The notes: generated by a model from the letters alone, not told the origin. Counted from the first letter of the stretch, positions 37,905-47,743 are shown. The stretch: DNA of 64,000 bases from Patescibacteria group bacterium (GCA_018819405.1 JAHJQF010000001.1:817469-881468), one strand, 5' to 3'. Program-made: numbers and translations.

Positions 37905-38022
37905 AAACCTCTAGCGTGGGTTCGATTCCTACCTCCCCTGCCAGCTTAAGATCATCTTTTGAGATGGTTTTTTTGTTTGCAAAAGAAAAGGAGACTCACG
38001 AATTTTGAATTCATAAATCTCC

Positions 38023-38502
38023 TTAATCATCATCATTGTAAATGCGACATTGATATTCGCATTCATCACACCAGCCATCACTATCTAACTTTGTTGCTGG
38101 ATTGCCACAGTTTAGACATATACCCTTCTCTCTTGCTTCATTTACCTTCCTTTCTTTTCTTAAGGCTATTTCTTTTGCTTCTCTCTGAGCTTTTAATGAC
38201 TCTTTATTTATCCTTTCCATTTCTAATCTATAACGCTCTTCTCTGTTTACTTCCCGTTCTTTTGTTATTATGTCATATTTCTTTACTTCTTCACTAAGCT
38301 GTTTGTCAAAACATTTAGGGCATAGTTTTTTCCCGTGAAAATTGGTGAAGATTGTTTCTTTTTTCTTTTTGCATTTATCACAAATGCCTTTACTACAAAG
38401 TGTGATGTTTTTGCCCTGTCTAGATGAGGCGCCTCTCTTACTATCCAAAACAATACCCACCCAAACCACGAACATAAGCAGGGCTAAGACGATGATTCCC
38501 AT
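38023..38502 (-). CDS. Membrane-anchored protein with four CxxC motifs
   Basis: GGAGGT SD; N-terminal TM; CDKC, CPKC, CLNC, CDEC; promoter TTGACA-17-TAATAT at 38581-38553. Confidence 0.75.
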   Translation of the reverse strand: MGIIVLALLMFVVWVGIVLDSKRGASSRQGKNITLCSKGICDKCKKKKETIFTNFHGKKLCPKCFDKQLSEEVKKYDIITKEREVNREERYRLEMERINKESLKAQREAKEIALRKERKVNEAREKGICLNCGNPATKLDSDGWCDECEYQCRIYNDDD

Positions 38503-38718
38503 TCTTGTACCTCCAGAAAGGGTTGATGGTCAACGTACGAACAAATCATATTATATTAATATACTTTACTGTTTTTGTCAATCCTTATTATCAAAAAAAG
38601 TTCAAACACCAACCCACAGTCCCTGCCAAAAAACACCGATTACAAAAATTGGTGTTTTTTGATTAAAAAAAGACCGTCTCTTGAAGGTGGACGGCCTTAC
38701 CCGGCTCGTGGAGCCAAA

Positions 38719-38910
38719 CTAGTGATAGATCCCCGCATGGACACCAGCGATACCGAGGAGGACCCCCATGATCACGTAAGTGACCTTGTAGAGCGGCTGA
38801 TGCCACTCCGGATGCTCGTCCCAGTTGATCTGGACGATCTTCCTGTCGATGATGTTGGTGACCAAAGGGCAGATCAACAACGCGAGAATGAACTGCAACA
38901 TACCAGACAT
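38719..38910 (-). CDS. Small two-TM orphan in a GC-rich cassette
   Basis: AAGGAAGG SD; promoter TTGACA-17-TATATT at 39000-38972; hairpin plus T-run at 38665-38698. Confidence 0.7.
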   Translation of the reverse strand: MSGMLQFILALLICPLVTNIIDRKIVQINWDEHPEWHQPLYKVTYVIMGVLLGIAGVHAGIYH

Positions 38911-39067
38911 GGCATCCTTCCTTGTTTGTGTACAGCTATTAGCCGGAATTGGCTATTTTTAGCATTAAATTAATATAGCATAAAATAGCTTTTTTGTCAA
39001 TAATATTAATTTGACCTAAATTCTCAATATAGTATAATTAACAAACTATTATTAAACTAAAGCAAAT

Positions 39068-39745
39068 ATGAACAAAAATATCATCATTGTGGTATTAGCT
39101 GTAATCTCAGCTGCTCTGGCTGTATATGTTGGATTTATCAGTTCACAAAATAAAGGTATTGGTTTGGAAAATGCTAGTACCAGAACTGGCAAACTAGTCA
39201 ACGAGATTTTACTACAACCGGGCATTAGCGCCGAAATCGGCCAAGCTGTGGAAGAAAACGGGATGTATAAAATACCAATCTCTCTGCCAGATGGCACTAA
39301 CATAAATACTTATCTGACCAGAGATGGTAAGCTATTTTTCCCAGAAGCCATAGATGTTGATGAGCTGACTGAAAAATTAGCTCAGGAAAACTCAGGAACT
39401 AATAACCAAAACAACATGGAACTAAAAACAGAAATTTTAAACGAGGGTAGCGGTGATCAACTAGTCGCCCCCGGTGACAATATCACTGTGGATTATACCG
39501 GCACTTTAGAAGATGGCACACAGTTTGATTCTAGTGTTGGCAAAGATCCATTTACCTTTACTATTGGCGAGGGTCAAGTTATCCAAGGTTGGGATCAAGG
39601 CTTGATTGGTATGAAAGTTGGCGAAGAAAGAAAGCTCACTATCCCCTCTGATCTAGCGTACGGTTCATACGGTAGCGGTTCGATACCACCTAATGCAACT
39701 TTGATCTTTACTGTCAAACTTATTTCTATAAATTCAGGCAACTAA
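39068..39745 (+). CDS. Membrane-anchored FKBP-type PPIase with extra N-domain
   Basis: VDYTGTLEDGTQFDSS, VIQGWDQG, AYG..IPPNATLIF. Confidence 0.93.
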   Translation: MNKNIIIVVLAVISAALAVYVGFISSQNKGIGLENASTRTGKLVNEILLQPGISAEIGQAVEENGMYKIPISLPDGTNINTYLTRDGKLFFPEAIDVDELTEKLAQENSGTNNQNNMELKTEILNEGSGDQLVAPGDNITVDYTGTLEDGTQFDSSVGKDPFTFTIGEGQVIQGWDQGLIGMKVGEERKLTIPSDLAYGSYGSGSIPPNATLIFTVKLISINSGN

Positions 39746-39746
39746 A

Positions 39747-39780
39747 TTAAAAAACAGCCTCTTTTGGCTGTTTTTTAATT
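39747..39780 (+). terminator. Intrinsic terminator
   Basis: AAAAAACAGCC-TCTTTT-GGCTGTTTTTT. Confidence 0.75.
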
Positions 39781-39804
39781 CCCAAAATCTGCTATAATAA
39801 AAAC

Positions 39805-40842
39805 ATGGAAATACATAAATATTTGGAAAGTAAGCTAAAAAACTGTTCACAATATGCACTAACAAAAGAAGACCAAGAGTATATTGAAAAATACTCATTA
39901 AAAGATTTTCTTTTCAAAGAAATAAGTCGAAAAAAATTTAGGCGTTGGAAATTGTCTGATCCAGCTCGTGAAAAAATAGACAAAGCGCTTGACTATTGTC
40001 TGGCTGAAAATAAGCCAATAATTTTTCGTTCTCGTTTCGGTGGCTACAAATTATGGCGTTTTCCGACTACTCCCGAAGTAGATTGGGCAGAATTTTTTAT
40101 GCTCTGCCACTATATTGAGTATCTAGCTCCTATCATAGCCGCCTACAAGCCTGGTATAAAACTTTATTTTGCTTCAGATGATGTATTTGTAGAACGCCTA
40201 GACAACATACCCAAATCACACACTGAAGCTTACTATCAAAGTTTTCAAAAATTACTAAATCAATTCAGAAAATATATTCCCAAAAATTTTGAAGTGGATA
40301 TGATAAGGCATAGTTCGCTGTTTAAATCCAGAAAAGAATTTGAGCTTGAATTTGATCAATCTGTCAAAAATGCAGCCAAAAAAGAAAATTGGGACATCAA
40401 ACGCCAAAGCCAACCTCTAGAAGCCGCCCTCAAAACATCCGAAATGAATATAAATTGGAACGGCGTAGAAGATTTGACCAAACTGTCAGATTCTGAAAAA
40501 GAAGAAAAGATAAAACAGAGTGTCCTCTATCACGATGCCCTGGTACAAATGCCCACTATAAGGCAATGGTCATCTACTCCTGATAAAATAGCTATCTTTA
40601 CTACACCGCTTTCTGCAGTAGTCCCTATAGGAGTCACTAAAAATTCTGTAGTCAGATTTTGGGTTGGTACAGGAGTGCTAGAAAAAAGAAATGATAAATA
40701 TATAGAACATGTATTGTCTATCAGCCAATATGAATCAATCAAAAATATTCCTTTTGAAGAAATAAAAATAAATTTTATTCCTTTGCATAATTTTTCCAAT
40801 ATTCGATTGTATAAACAAATGCTTAACTTTTCCAACAAATAA
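39805..40842 (+). CDS. Hypothetical protein, possible remote Dit1/PvcA-like fold
   Basis: FGGYK..PEVDWAE..IIAAYKPGIKLYFASDD; the resemblance is from memory only. Confidence 0.5.
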   Translation: MEIHKYLESKLKNCSQYALTKEDQEYIEKYSLKDFLFKEISRKKFRRWKLSDPAREKIDKALDYCLAENKPIIFRSRFGGYKLWRFPTTPEVDWAEFFMLCHYIEYLAPIIAAYKPGIKLYFASDDVFVERLDNIPKSHTEAYYQSFQKLLNQFRKYIPKNFEVDMIRHSSLFKSRKEFELEFDQSVKNAAKKENWDIKRQSQPLEAALKTSEMNINWNGVEDLTKLSDSEKEEKIKQSVLYHDALVQMPTIRQWSSTPDKIAIFTTPLSAVVPIGVTKNSVVRFWVGTGVLEKRNDKYIEHVLSISQYESIKNIPFEEIKINFIPLHNFSNIRLYKQMLNFSNK

Positions 40843-40848
40843 TCTGAT

Positions 40849-41610
40849 ATGAAAAAAATAATTATATTTTTGCTAGCTATATTTTTATACGGTTGCCAAA
40901 TAATAGAAGCCCCTATTAATGACACCCAAAATATAACGGTAATTAATACTAATACTGCCAACGACAATCAAACAAATACTACACCAGAAAAAAATAATGA
41001 GCCAAAAAATGAAGATATTGTCTGCACTATGGATGCGATGCTTTGTCCGGACGGTACTTATGTTTCTAGAGTTGCGCCTGATTGTAATTTTGCTCCCTGT
41101 CCTGAAATAGGCAAACTCATCCAGCCAATAGCTGAGTTTGACAAAAGAATTAGCAAAAAACCATTTAGCATATATATCACACCAAAAGATTCGCCTGTTC
41201 AGCCAGAAAAATTCACTGGCTATCATACGGGAGCTGATGTAGAATATTCAGATATGCCAGATGCTGACATAACAGTCCATGCCATAGCTGACGGCCAAGT
41301 TGTCCGCTCCGGCTGGGTCAGTGGCTATGGTGGTATGATTGCTATCAGGCACAATATAGAAGGGAAAGATTATATAGTTATTTATGGACACCTCAAGCCA
41401 GATACTTTAGAAAAAAATGAATCTGATATAAAATCAAACCAAGTGATTGGTCTATTAGGCCAGGGATACAGCTATGATACTGATGGCGAAAGAAAACACC
41501 TTCATTTTGCCATTTATACCGGCACTGATATCAATGTCCAAGGCTACGCACAAAGCCAGGATGAATTAAAAAAATGGCTTGATCCTCAAAAATTTTTATT
41601 AAATAAATAA
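40849..41610 (+). CDS. M23 peptidase lipoprotein with a short Cys motif
   Basis: LYGC lipobox; CTMDAMLCPDG..CNFAPCP; HTGAD, YGHL, HLHF. Confidence 0.9.
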   Translation: MKKIIIFLLAIFLYGCQIIEAPINDTQNITVINTNTANDNQTNTTPEKNNEPKNEDIVCTMDAMLCPDGTYVSRVAPDCNFAPCPEIGKLIQPIAEFDKRISKKPFSIYITPKDSPVQPEKFTGYHTGADVEYSDMPDADITVHAIADGQVVRSGWVSGYGGMIAIRHNIEGKDYIVIYGHLKPDTLEKNESDIKSNQVIGLLGQGYSYDTDGERKHLHFAIYTGTDINVQGYAQSQDELKKWLDPQKFLLNK

Positions 41611-41613
41611 TTT

Positions 41614-41646
41614 AACACCCTCGCTACTAGAACGAGGGTGTTTTTT
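41614..41646. terminator. Bidirectional terminator
   Basis: AACACCCTCG..CGAGGGTGTT plus T-run between convergent genes. Confidence 0.75.
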
Positions 41647-41651
41647 CATGC

Positions 41652-41855
41652 CTATTTGGCATGATTTGTCTCCAAAGCCTTGACCAAAAGATCTTTGTAG
41701 TCGGCATCAAAAAAGCCGACGATGGTCACCTGACCCTGGATTGTGTTGTCCACTTCGCGTTTGAGACGCGCTCCTAAGTCACCGTTGATGGGTCCCAAAC
41801 TACTGAAAACGAAATCTCCGGACATGGTCTTGACGACTTTTTGCCAGTTGGACAT
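41652..41855 (-). CDS. Orphan small protein in a GC-rich cassette
   Basis: AAGGAG SD; promoter TTGACA-17-TATCCT at 41931-41903. Confidence 0.7.
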   Translation of the reverse strand: MSNWQKVVKTMSGDFVFSSLGPINGDLGARLKREVDNTIQGQVTIVGFFDADYKDLLVKALETNHAK

Positions 41856-42002
41856 GACCTGCTCCTTTATGAAAAGTGTACACCAGCAACCTCTAACTAG
41901 TCAGGATACTATGTAATAGCTTCATTGTCAATATAAATATAGATATTTGCAAATTCCAAAAAAGTGCTATAATAATATTATTAACAAACCTAAACTAAGA
42001 AA

Positions 42003-43328
42003 ATGAATAACGAAAAGCCTCCATCGGCGCCCTTTGAAAAGAAAAGATTTCTTTTTGTTTCTTTTGATGCGCTGATAAGTGACGTGGCCTGGCAAGTCCT
42101 AAAAGAGGGTCATGAAGCTAAATATTTTATAAAAAATCAAGCTATCAAAGATGTAGCCGACGGCTTTGTGCCAAAAAGCGATGATTGGGAAAAAGACCTA
42201 GACTGGGCAGACATTGTTGTTTTTGATGATGTCCTTGGTATGGGAACTATGGCTGAAAAAGTCAGAAAGCGCGGTATTCCAGTCATTGGTGGCACACCAT
42301 ATACCGACCAATTAGAAGACGACCGTTCTTTTGGTCAGGAGGAATTAAAAAAGGCTGGCATTCCTATAATCCCTTACGAAACATTTACTGATTTTGATGC
42401 TGCCATTGATTATGTCAAAAAAAATGAAAATCGTTATGTTATCAAACCTAGCGGCGAAGCTCAAAATACCAAACATTTTCTTTTTGTCGGTCAAGAAGAA
42501 GACGGTAAAGACGTCATCCAGATGCTAGAGGCTTACAAAAAAGTTTGGAGTCAGAAGATAAAAGAATTTCAACTACAAAGAAGAATGTCAGGAGTAGAAG
42601 TAGCCGTCGGAGCATTTTTTAACGGTTATGAATTTGTCTTTCCAATAAATATCAACTTTGAGCACAAAAAAATGTTTCCTGGCAATATTGGCCCATCTAC
42701 TGGGGAAATGGGTACATCTATGTTTTGGTCAGGCCAAAATAAAATATTTAATAATACTCTGAAAAAAATGGAGCCGATTCTGCGTCGTGAAAAATACACC
42801 GGCTATATTGATCTCAATTGTATTGTAAATGGTAATGGTATTTATCCCCTAGAATTTACTGCTCGCTTTGGCTATCCAACTATCCAGATACAAATGGATG
42901 GCATACTTATGCCTATTGGACAATGGCTCTATGAAATGGCTACTGGCACACTAAAAAATTTCAAAACAAAAACCGGCTTTCAAGTCGGAGTCAGACTGGT
43001 AGTCCCTCCTTATCCCTATGGCTCAAGCATCAAAACTGAGCTAGCTGAATACAAAAATGCCCTTATAATATTTAAAAAACCAGCTTCGGAAGGTATTCAC
43101 ATTGTAGAGACCAAATTGATAAACGGAGAATGGATAGTAACTGGCGATCACGGAGTGGCTTTGATAGTAGTCGGCACTGGTTCTACTATGAAGCAAGCCC
43201 AGCAACAGGTCTATCATAGAATTCAAAATATATTAATACCAAATATGTTTTACCGGGATGATATAGGCGACCGCTGGTTTGAAGACAGCGACAAACTGCA
43301 CAACTGGGGCTACCTCAGAGAATCCTAA
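42003..43328 (+). CDS. Phosphoribosylamine-glycine ligase-like ATP-grasp enzyme
   Basis: LEDDRSFG, VIKP, EHKK..GNIGPSTGEMG, LEFTARFGYP, MFYRDDIG; N-terminus diverges from canonical PurD. Confidence 0.78.
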   Translation: MNNEKPPSAPFEKKRFLFVSFDALISDVAWQVLKEGHEAKYFIKNQAIKDVADGFVPKSDDWEKDLDWADIVVFDDVLGMGTMAEKVRKRGIPVIGGTPYTDQLEDDRSFGQEELKKAGIPIIPYETFTDFDAAIDYVKKNENRYVIKPSGEAQNTKHFLFVGQEEDGKDVIQMLEAYKKVWSQKIKEFQLQRRMSGVEVAVGAFFNGYEFVFPININFEHKKMFPGNIGPSTGEMGTSMFWSGQNKIFNNTLKKMEPILRREKYTGYIDLNCIVNGNGIYPLEFTARFGYPTIQIQMDGILMPIGQWLYEMATGTLKNFKTKTGFQVGVRLVVPPYPYGSSIKTELAEYKNALIIFKKPASEGIHIVETKLINGEWIVTGDHGVALIVVGTGSTMKQAQQQVYHRIQNILIPNMFYRDDIGDRWFEDSDKLHNWGYLRES

Positions 43329-43825
43329 AAATATTTAGAAATAATTATCTTAAACCAGTCAGTATATATATCAGGCTGGTTTTTGATTTGATCTTTTATA
43401 GTTTTGATATCAAGCCATTTGATATCAGATATTTCATTTTTGTCAAAATCAACTGGGTCATCATAGTATCCAAAAAACACATGGTCATATTCATGTTCCG
43501 TCAGACCGTTGTCAAACTCGGCTTTATAAATAAAAGAAAATTTTTCTTCCAAATCACAATCAAACCCCAGCTCTTCTTTGAGACGACGATGAGCTGCTGA
43601 CAAAGTATCTTCCTCTGGCTTGGGATGGCTACAACAAGTATTTGTCCACATACCAGGACAATGATATTTGCTGTCTACTCTTTTTTGTAAAAGCAGTTGA
43701 CCAAATCTGTTGAAAATCAAAATAGAGAAAGCTCGATGAAGCTGACCTTTTTTGTGTACTTCCATCTTCTGACCAGTACCAATTGGCTGATCATTTTTAT
43801 CTACGAGTATTATATCGTCTGGCAT
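43325..43825 (-). CDS. idi: Isopentenyl-diphosphate delta-isomerase type 1
   Basis: LHRAFS, WTNTCCSHP, RRLKEELG, EHEYDH. Confidence 0.95.
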   Translation of the reverse strand: MPDDIILVDKNDQPIGTGQKMEVHKKGQLHRAFSILIFNRFGQLLLQKRVDSKYHCPGMWTNTCCSHPKPEEDTLSAAHRRLKEELGFDCDLEEKFSFIYKAEFDNGLTEHEYDHVFFGYYDDPVDFDKNEISDIKWLDIKTIKDQIKNQPDIYTDWFKIIISKYF

Positions 43826-43896
43826 ACCAAAATTATAACAAATATAAAATAAAAAGACACCCCCACTTTCCGCAAAGTGAGGGTGCGCTATTAGCC

Positions 43897-44115
43897 TTAC
43901 AGGCCGGTAGAGGCCTTGGGATGTCTGAGCTTGGGATCAAAGGCACTCAAGCCGTGTGCACCATGATCTATACACTCGCAGACTACTTGGGCCCCCTCAC
44001 CGATGTTGTGTTTGGGGTCCTTGTAGATAATCTTCAACCTCTGGCCATGCAGACGATGACCTGCCTGATCGACCACAACAACTTCACCGCAGATAGTGCC
44101 CCTAATTGTTTCCAC
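43897..44115 (-). CDS. Orphan small protein in a GC-rich cassette
   Basis: AGGAGG SD before GTG; terminator hairpin 43858-43885 followed by a T-run on the minus strand. Confidence 0.7.
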   Translation of the reverse strand: METIRGTICGEVVVVDQAGHRLHGQRLKIIYKDPKHNIGEGAQVVCECIDHGAHGLSAFDPKLRHPKASTGL

Positions 44116-44302
44116 GACTTCCTCCTGAGGCTATGGTTATTAGTGACAGGGAACTTATTTTTAAAACTTATAAATTAGCAATACCATAAAAATTATTTTT
44201 AGTCAATAAAACCAAAATTTATTTTAGTAAATTTTTCATTTAACTCTTCCAAAAAGCGATCTGAACAAAATAAGTAAGCCAAAGGATATATCTCTTAAAG
44301 CA

Positions 44303-45400
44303 TTACAATTTACTATCAAATTCCTTGTCTAATTCCTCTAACAATTTCCTCTGTTTTTTGGTCAATTTACTCGGTACATCTACATTGACTATTACTATTT
44401 GGTCTCCTCTACCCCTAGCTTTGAGGTGAGCCACACCTTTATCTGACAAAACAAATTTTTTGCCACTAGGTGTACCAGACGGAATTTTTAGTTTGACTTT
44501 ACCATCTATAGTCCTAGCTTCTATTTGTCCGCCTAGAGCTGCCATGGTAAAGGGAATATCATATTCAGTTATCAAATCATCACCCTGACGCTCAAAACCT
44601 TTCTCCGGCAATACATGGACTACGACATACAAATCTCCAGACACAGCTCCATTTTTACCAGCATTTCCCTGCCCAGACAGACGGATAGATTGTCCATCAT
44701 CAATACCGGCTGGAATTTCTACTTTGATATCTACATTTTCAGTATCAAAGCCCTGACCATGGCAGGCTCCACACTTATTTTTTATGGATTTACCTTTACC
44801 CCGACAATCCGGACAAACTGTCTGAGTGCGAAATGTGCCAAGTACTGTACTAGTAATATGCCCACTACCACCACAAGTTCTACACTCCTCAAAAGATGTA
44901 CCTTTGTCAGCACCAGTGCCTTCACAAGACTGACACTTTATTTTTTTTCGCAAAGATAGGCTCTCAGATAATCCAAAAACAGCATCTTTGAGGCTAATAT
45001 TTATATCAACTTGAATATCCTCGCCTCTTTGATTACGACCAGACCTAAAAGGGCTGTCGCCACCAAAAAAACTACCAAAAATATCTCCCAGATCAAAATC
45101 CATATTTTGCCCGCCAGAAAAATCAAAACCACCAAAACCCTGTCCGCCGCCAAAAGGATTTCCGCCGGAAAATCCACCGGTTTGATCAAAGTTGGCGCCA
45201 AACTGGTCATACTGCTGACGTTTTTCTTTGTTGGACAGTACCTGATAAGCTTCGTTTATTTCCTTAAACTTTTTTAGATTTTCTTCACCACCGTTTTTAT
45301 CGGGATGATATTGGTGAGCCAATTTACGAAAGGCGCGCTTGATCTCAGAATCAGTCGCACCTTTCTCTACTCCCAATGTTTTATAGTAATCTTTGGGCAT
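44303..45400 (-). CDS. dnaJ: Chaperone DnaJ
   Basis: HPD J-domain, G/F-rich region, four CxxCxGxG motifs. Confidence 0.97.
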   Translation of the reverse strand: MPKDYYKTLGVEKGATDSEIKRAFRKLAHQYHPDKNGGEENLKKFKEINEAYQVLSNKEKRQQYDQFGANFDQTGGFSGGNPFGGGQGFGGFDFSGGQNMDFDLGDIFGSFFGGDSPFRSGRNQRGEDIQVDINISLKDAVFGLSESLSLRKKIKCQSCEGTGADKGTSFEECRTCGGSGHITSTVLGTFRTQTVCPDCRGKGKSIKNKCGACHGQGFDTENVDIKVEIPAGIDDGQSIRLSGQGNAGKNGAVSGDLYVVVHVLPEKGFERQGDDLITEYDIPFTMAALGGQIEARTIDGKVKLKIPSGTPSGKKFVLSDKGVAHLKARGRGDQIVIVNVDVPSKLTKKQRKLLEELDKEFDSKL

Positions 45401-47307
45401 TATTTATCTTTTTTTTCGTCGTCTTTTACCTCTTCAAAATCTCCTTCAACTGGACCTTTATCTTTTTTTGGTTCATCATTTTGCTGCGCGTCCGCCGAAG
45501 CGTTAGCGGAGGCGGAATACATAGCTGCCCCAATTGCCTGGACAGTATCTTCCATTTCTTTGATAGCCGATTTGACAGCTTCAATATCGGCAGAATCTTT
45601 GACTTTTTTCAAAGCTTCCATTTTCTCTTCCATTTTTTTCTTATCTTCATCTTTGAGTTTAGCTTCACTCTCTTTGATGAATTTCTCTGTATGAGCAATG
45701 ATATTATCAGCGTTGTTTCTGACTTCTACTTCTTCTTTTTTCTTTTTATCTTCTTCAGCATGAAGATCAGCATCTTTTTTCATTTTTTCTATTTCTTCTT
45801 CTGAAAGTCCTGAAGAAGACTTGATAGTGATAGATTGTTCTTTACTAGTAGCCTTATCTACTGCTTTGACATTTAAAATACCGTTGGCGTCAATATCAAA
45901 AGAAACCTCAATCTGTGGTACACCACGGGGAGCTGGCGGGATACCTGATAGTGTAAATCTGCCAAGCGTCTTATTGTCTTGAGCCATTGGACGCTCACCC
46001 TGAAGTACATGAATTTCTACAGAATCCTGATGATCAGCTGCGGTAGAAAAAACCTGAGTCTTGGAAGCCGGAATAGTAGTGTTTCTCTCAATAAGCGGTG
46101 TTCGTACGCCACCTAAAGTCTCAATCCCCAAAGTAAGCGGAGTGACATCAAGTAGCAAAACATCTTTGACATCCCCTTGCAATACTCCAGCTTGGACAGC
46201 TGCTCCAAGAGCCACTACTTCATCTGGATTGACAGATATATTTGGTTTTTTGCCAAAAAATTCTTCTACTTTCTTTTGTACCAAAGGCATCCTAGTCATA
46301 CCACCGACCATTATCACCTCTTCAATATCAGTGACAGACAATTTGGCATCAGTCAGAGCTTTTTTGCATGGTTCCAAAGTCTTGGCTACCAAATCGCCTA
46401 CTAATTCTTCTAGTTTGGCCCTGGTCATTTTCATGACTAAATGTTTTGGGCCTGATTCATCAGTAGTAATAAATGGCTGATTGATTTCTGTTTCCATTGA
46501 TGAAGAAAGTTCTACTTTAGCTTTTTCAGCAGACTCTTTGAGCCTTTGCATAGCCAAAGCGTCTTTGCTCAAATCAATGCCTTCTTGCTTTTTGAATTCA
46601 TCCAATATCCAATTGATAAGCACCTGATCAAAATCATCACCACCCAAGTGAGTGTCACCGTTGGTGGCTTTTACTTCTACTGTGTCAGCGGAAACATCCA
46701 AAATAGATATATCAAAAGTACCACCACCCAGATCATAGACCGCTATTTGCTGATCTTTTTTCTTGTCAAAGCCATAAGCTAAGGCTGCGGCTGTTGGCTC
46801 GTTGATAATACGCTTTACTTCCAATCCGGCAATTTTACCGGCATCTTTTGTAGCCTGACGCTGAGAGTCATCAAAATAAGCTGGTACAGTGATAACTGCT
46901 TCAGTGACTTCTTCGCCCAATCTTTCACTGGCGTCAGCTTTTATCTTTTGTAAAATCATAGCAGATATTTCTTGCGGACTGTACTGCTTGTCCCCCATTT
47001 TGACTTTTACACCTTCGCCTGATTGACTAATTTCATAAGGCACGGTATCAATATCTTTTTTGATTTCACCGTCACTATATTTTCGGCCAATCAAACGCTT
47101 GACCGAAAAAATTGTATTTTTTGGATTGGTGACTGCCTGTCTTTTGGCTGGCAAACCGACCAATCTCTCTCCATTTTTTGACAGGGCTACTATAGAAGGA
47201 GTAGTACGATTACCTTCTTTGTTTTCCAAAATTTTTGGCTTACCCCCTTCGACAATAGCTACTGCTGAGTTGGTTGTACCCAAATCAATTCCTATAATTT
47301 TTGACAT
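45400..47307 (-). CDS. dnaK: Chaperone DnaK
   Basis: [35 protein letters not shown]. Confidence 0.99.
   Translation of the reverse strand: MSKIIGIDLGTTNSAVAIVEGGKPKILENKEGNRTTPSIVALSKNGERLVGLPAKRQAVTNPKNTIFSVKRLIGRKYSDGEIKKDIDTVPYEISQSGEGVKVKMGDKQYSPQEISAMILQKIKADASERLGEEVTEAVITVPAYFDDSQRQATKDAGKIAGLEVKRIINEPTAAALAYGFDKKKDQQIAVYDLGGGTFDISILDVSADTVEVKATNGDTHLGGDDFDQVLINWILDEFKKQEGIDLSKDALAMQRLKESAEKAKVELSSSMETEINQPFITTDESGPKHLVMKMTRAKLEELVGDLVAKTLEPCKKALTDAKLSVTDIEEVIMVGGMTRMPLVQKKVEEFFGKKPNISVNPDEVVALGAAVQAGVLQGDVKDVLLLDVTPLTLGIETLGGVRTPLIERNTTIPASKTQVFSTAADHQDSVEIHVLQGERPMAQDNKTLGRFTLSGIPPAPRGVPQIEVSFDIDANGILNVKAVDKATSKEQSITIKSSSGLSEEEIEKMKKDADLHAEEDKKKKEEVEVRNNADNIIAHTEKFIKESEAKLKDEDKKKMEEKMEALKKVKDSADIEAVKSAIKEMEDTVQAIGAAMYSASANASADAQQNDEPKKDKGPVEGDFEEVKDDEKKDK
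45490..45516. repeat. In-frame palindromic insert in the dnaK tail
   Basis: GTCCGCCGAAGCGTTAGCGGAGGCGGA, 27 nt, encoding SASANASAD; GC-rich within AT-rich context. Confidence 0.6.
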
Positions 47308-47326
47308 GTTATTTTATTCCTCTATA

Positions 47327-47396
47327 TTGTCATTCTGAATTTATTTCAGAATCTCACCTCCTCATTAGAGATCCTGAAACTAGTTCAGGATGACAA
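47327..47396. repeat. Empty GTCA/TGAC-tagged palindrome doublet
   Basis: TTGTCATTCTGAATTTATTTCAGAATCTC ... GAGATCCTGAAACTAGTTCAGGATGACAA, an inverted pair of hairpins. Confidence 0.8.
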
Positions 47397-47407
47397 ATTA
47401 TTATTTA

Positions 47408-47743
47408 TTATATTAATTTCTTTAAATTATTTATTAATTCTTTTTTTGACAAGAGATGTTGGATATCTAAGACATCATCTGCATCCATATCGTCTAACAA
47501 AGCAAAATCCATTACTTCCTGCGGACTCAAATCTGTCAAAATTGCGTTGCCTATCACTCCTTGTGGCAAGCCGGCAAATTTTGTCAAAAGGTTTGCTCCA
47601 CAACTATGGCAACTGGCATAAGTCAAAACACTATATTCTGACTCATCCAAAACCTGTATATTTGGTTGCCTATACTCTGACGAACAAATTGGACAGTTTT
47701 TTATCAGCCGCAGATTGAGAGGCGAATTTAGGTTATTTATCAT
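47408..47743 (-). CDS. Zn-ribbon protein inside the heat-shock operon
   Basis: CPIC..CHSC; adjacent to hsp20. Confidence 0.75.
   Translation of the reverse strand: MINNLNSPLNLRLIKNCPICSSEYRQPNIQVLDESEYSVLTYASCHSCGANLLTKFAGLPQGVIGNAILTDLSPQEVMDFALLDDMDADDVLDIQHLLSKKELINNLKKLI

Larger units (their letters stand above)
37351..37943 (+). pseudogene. Interrupted tRNA-Trp(CCA): pseudogene or intron-containing gene
   Basis: Joining 37351-37372, 37400-37412 and 37905-37943 gives a canonical 74-nt cloverleaf with CCA anticodon and 3' CCA. Confidence 0.85.

Noticed and set aside
44615-47338. Several plus-strand ORFs over dnaJ and dnaK
   Set aside because: Antisense shadows of conserved genes; the same applies to similar ORFs over the GT, uvr and pilin genes.
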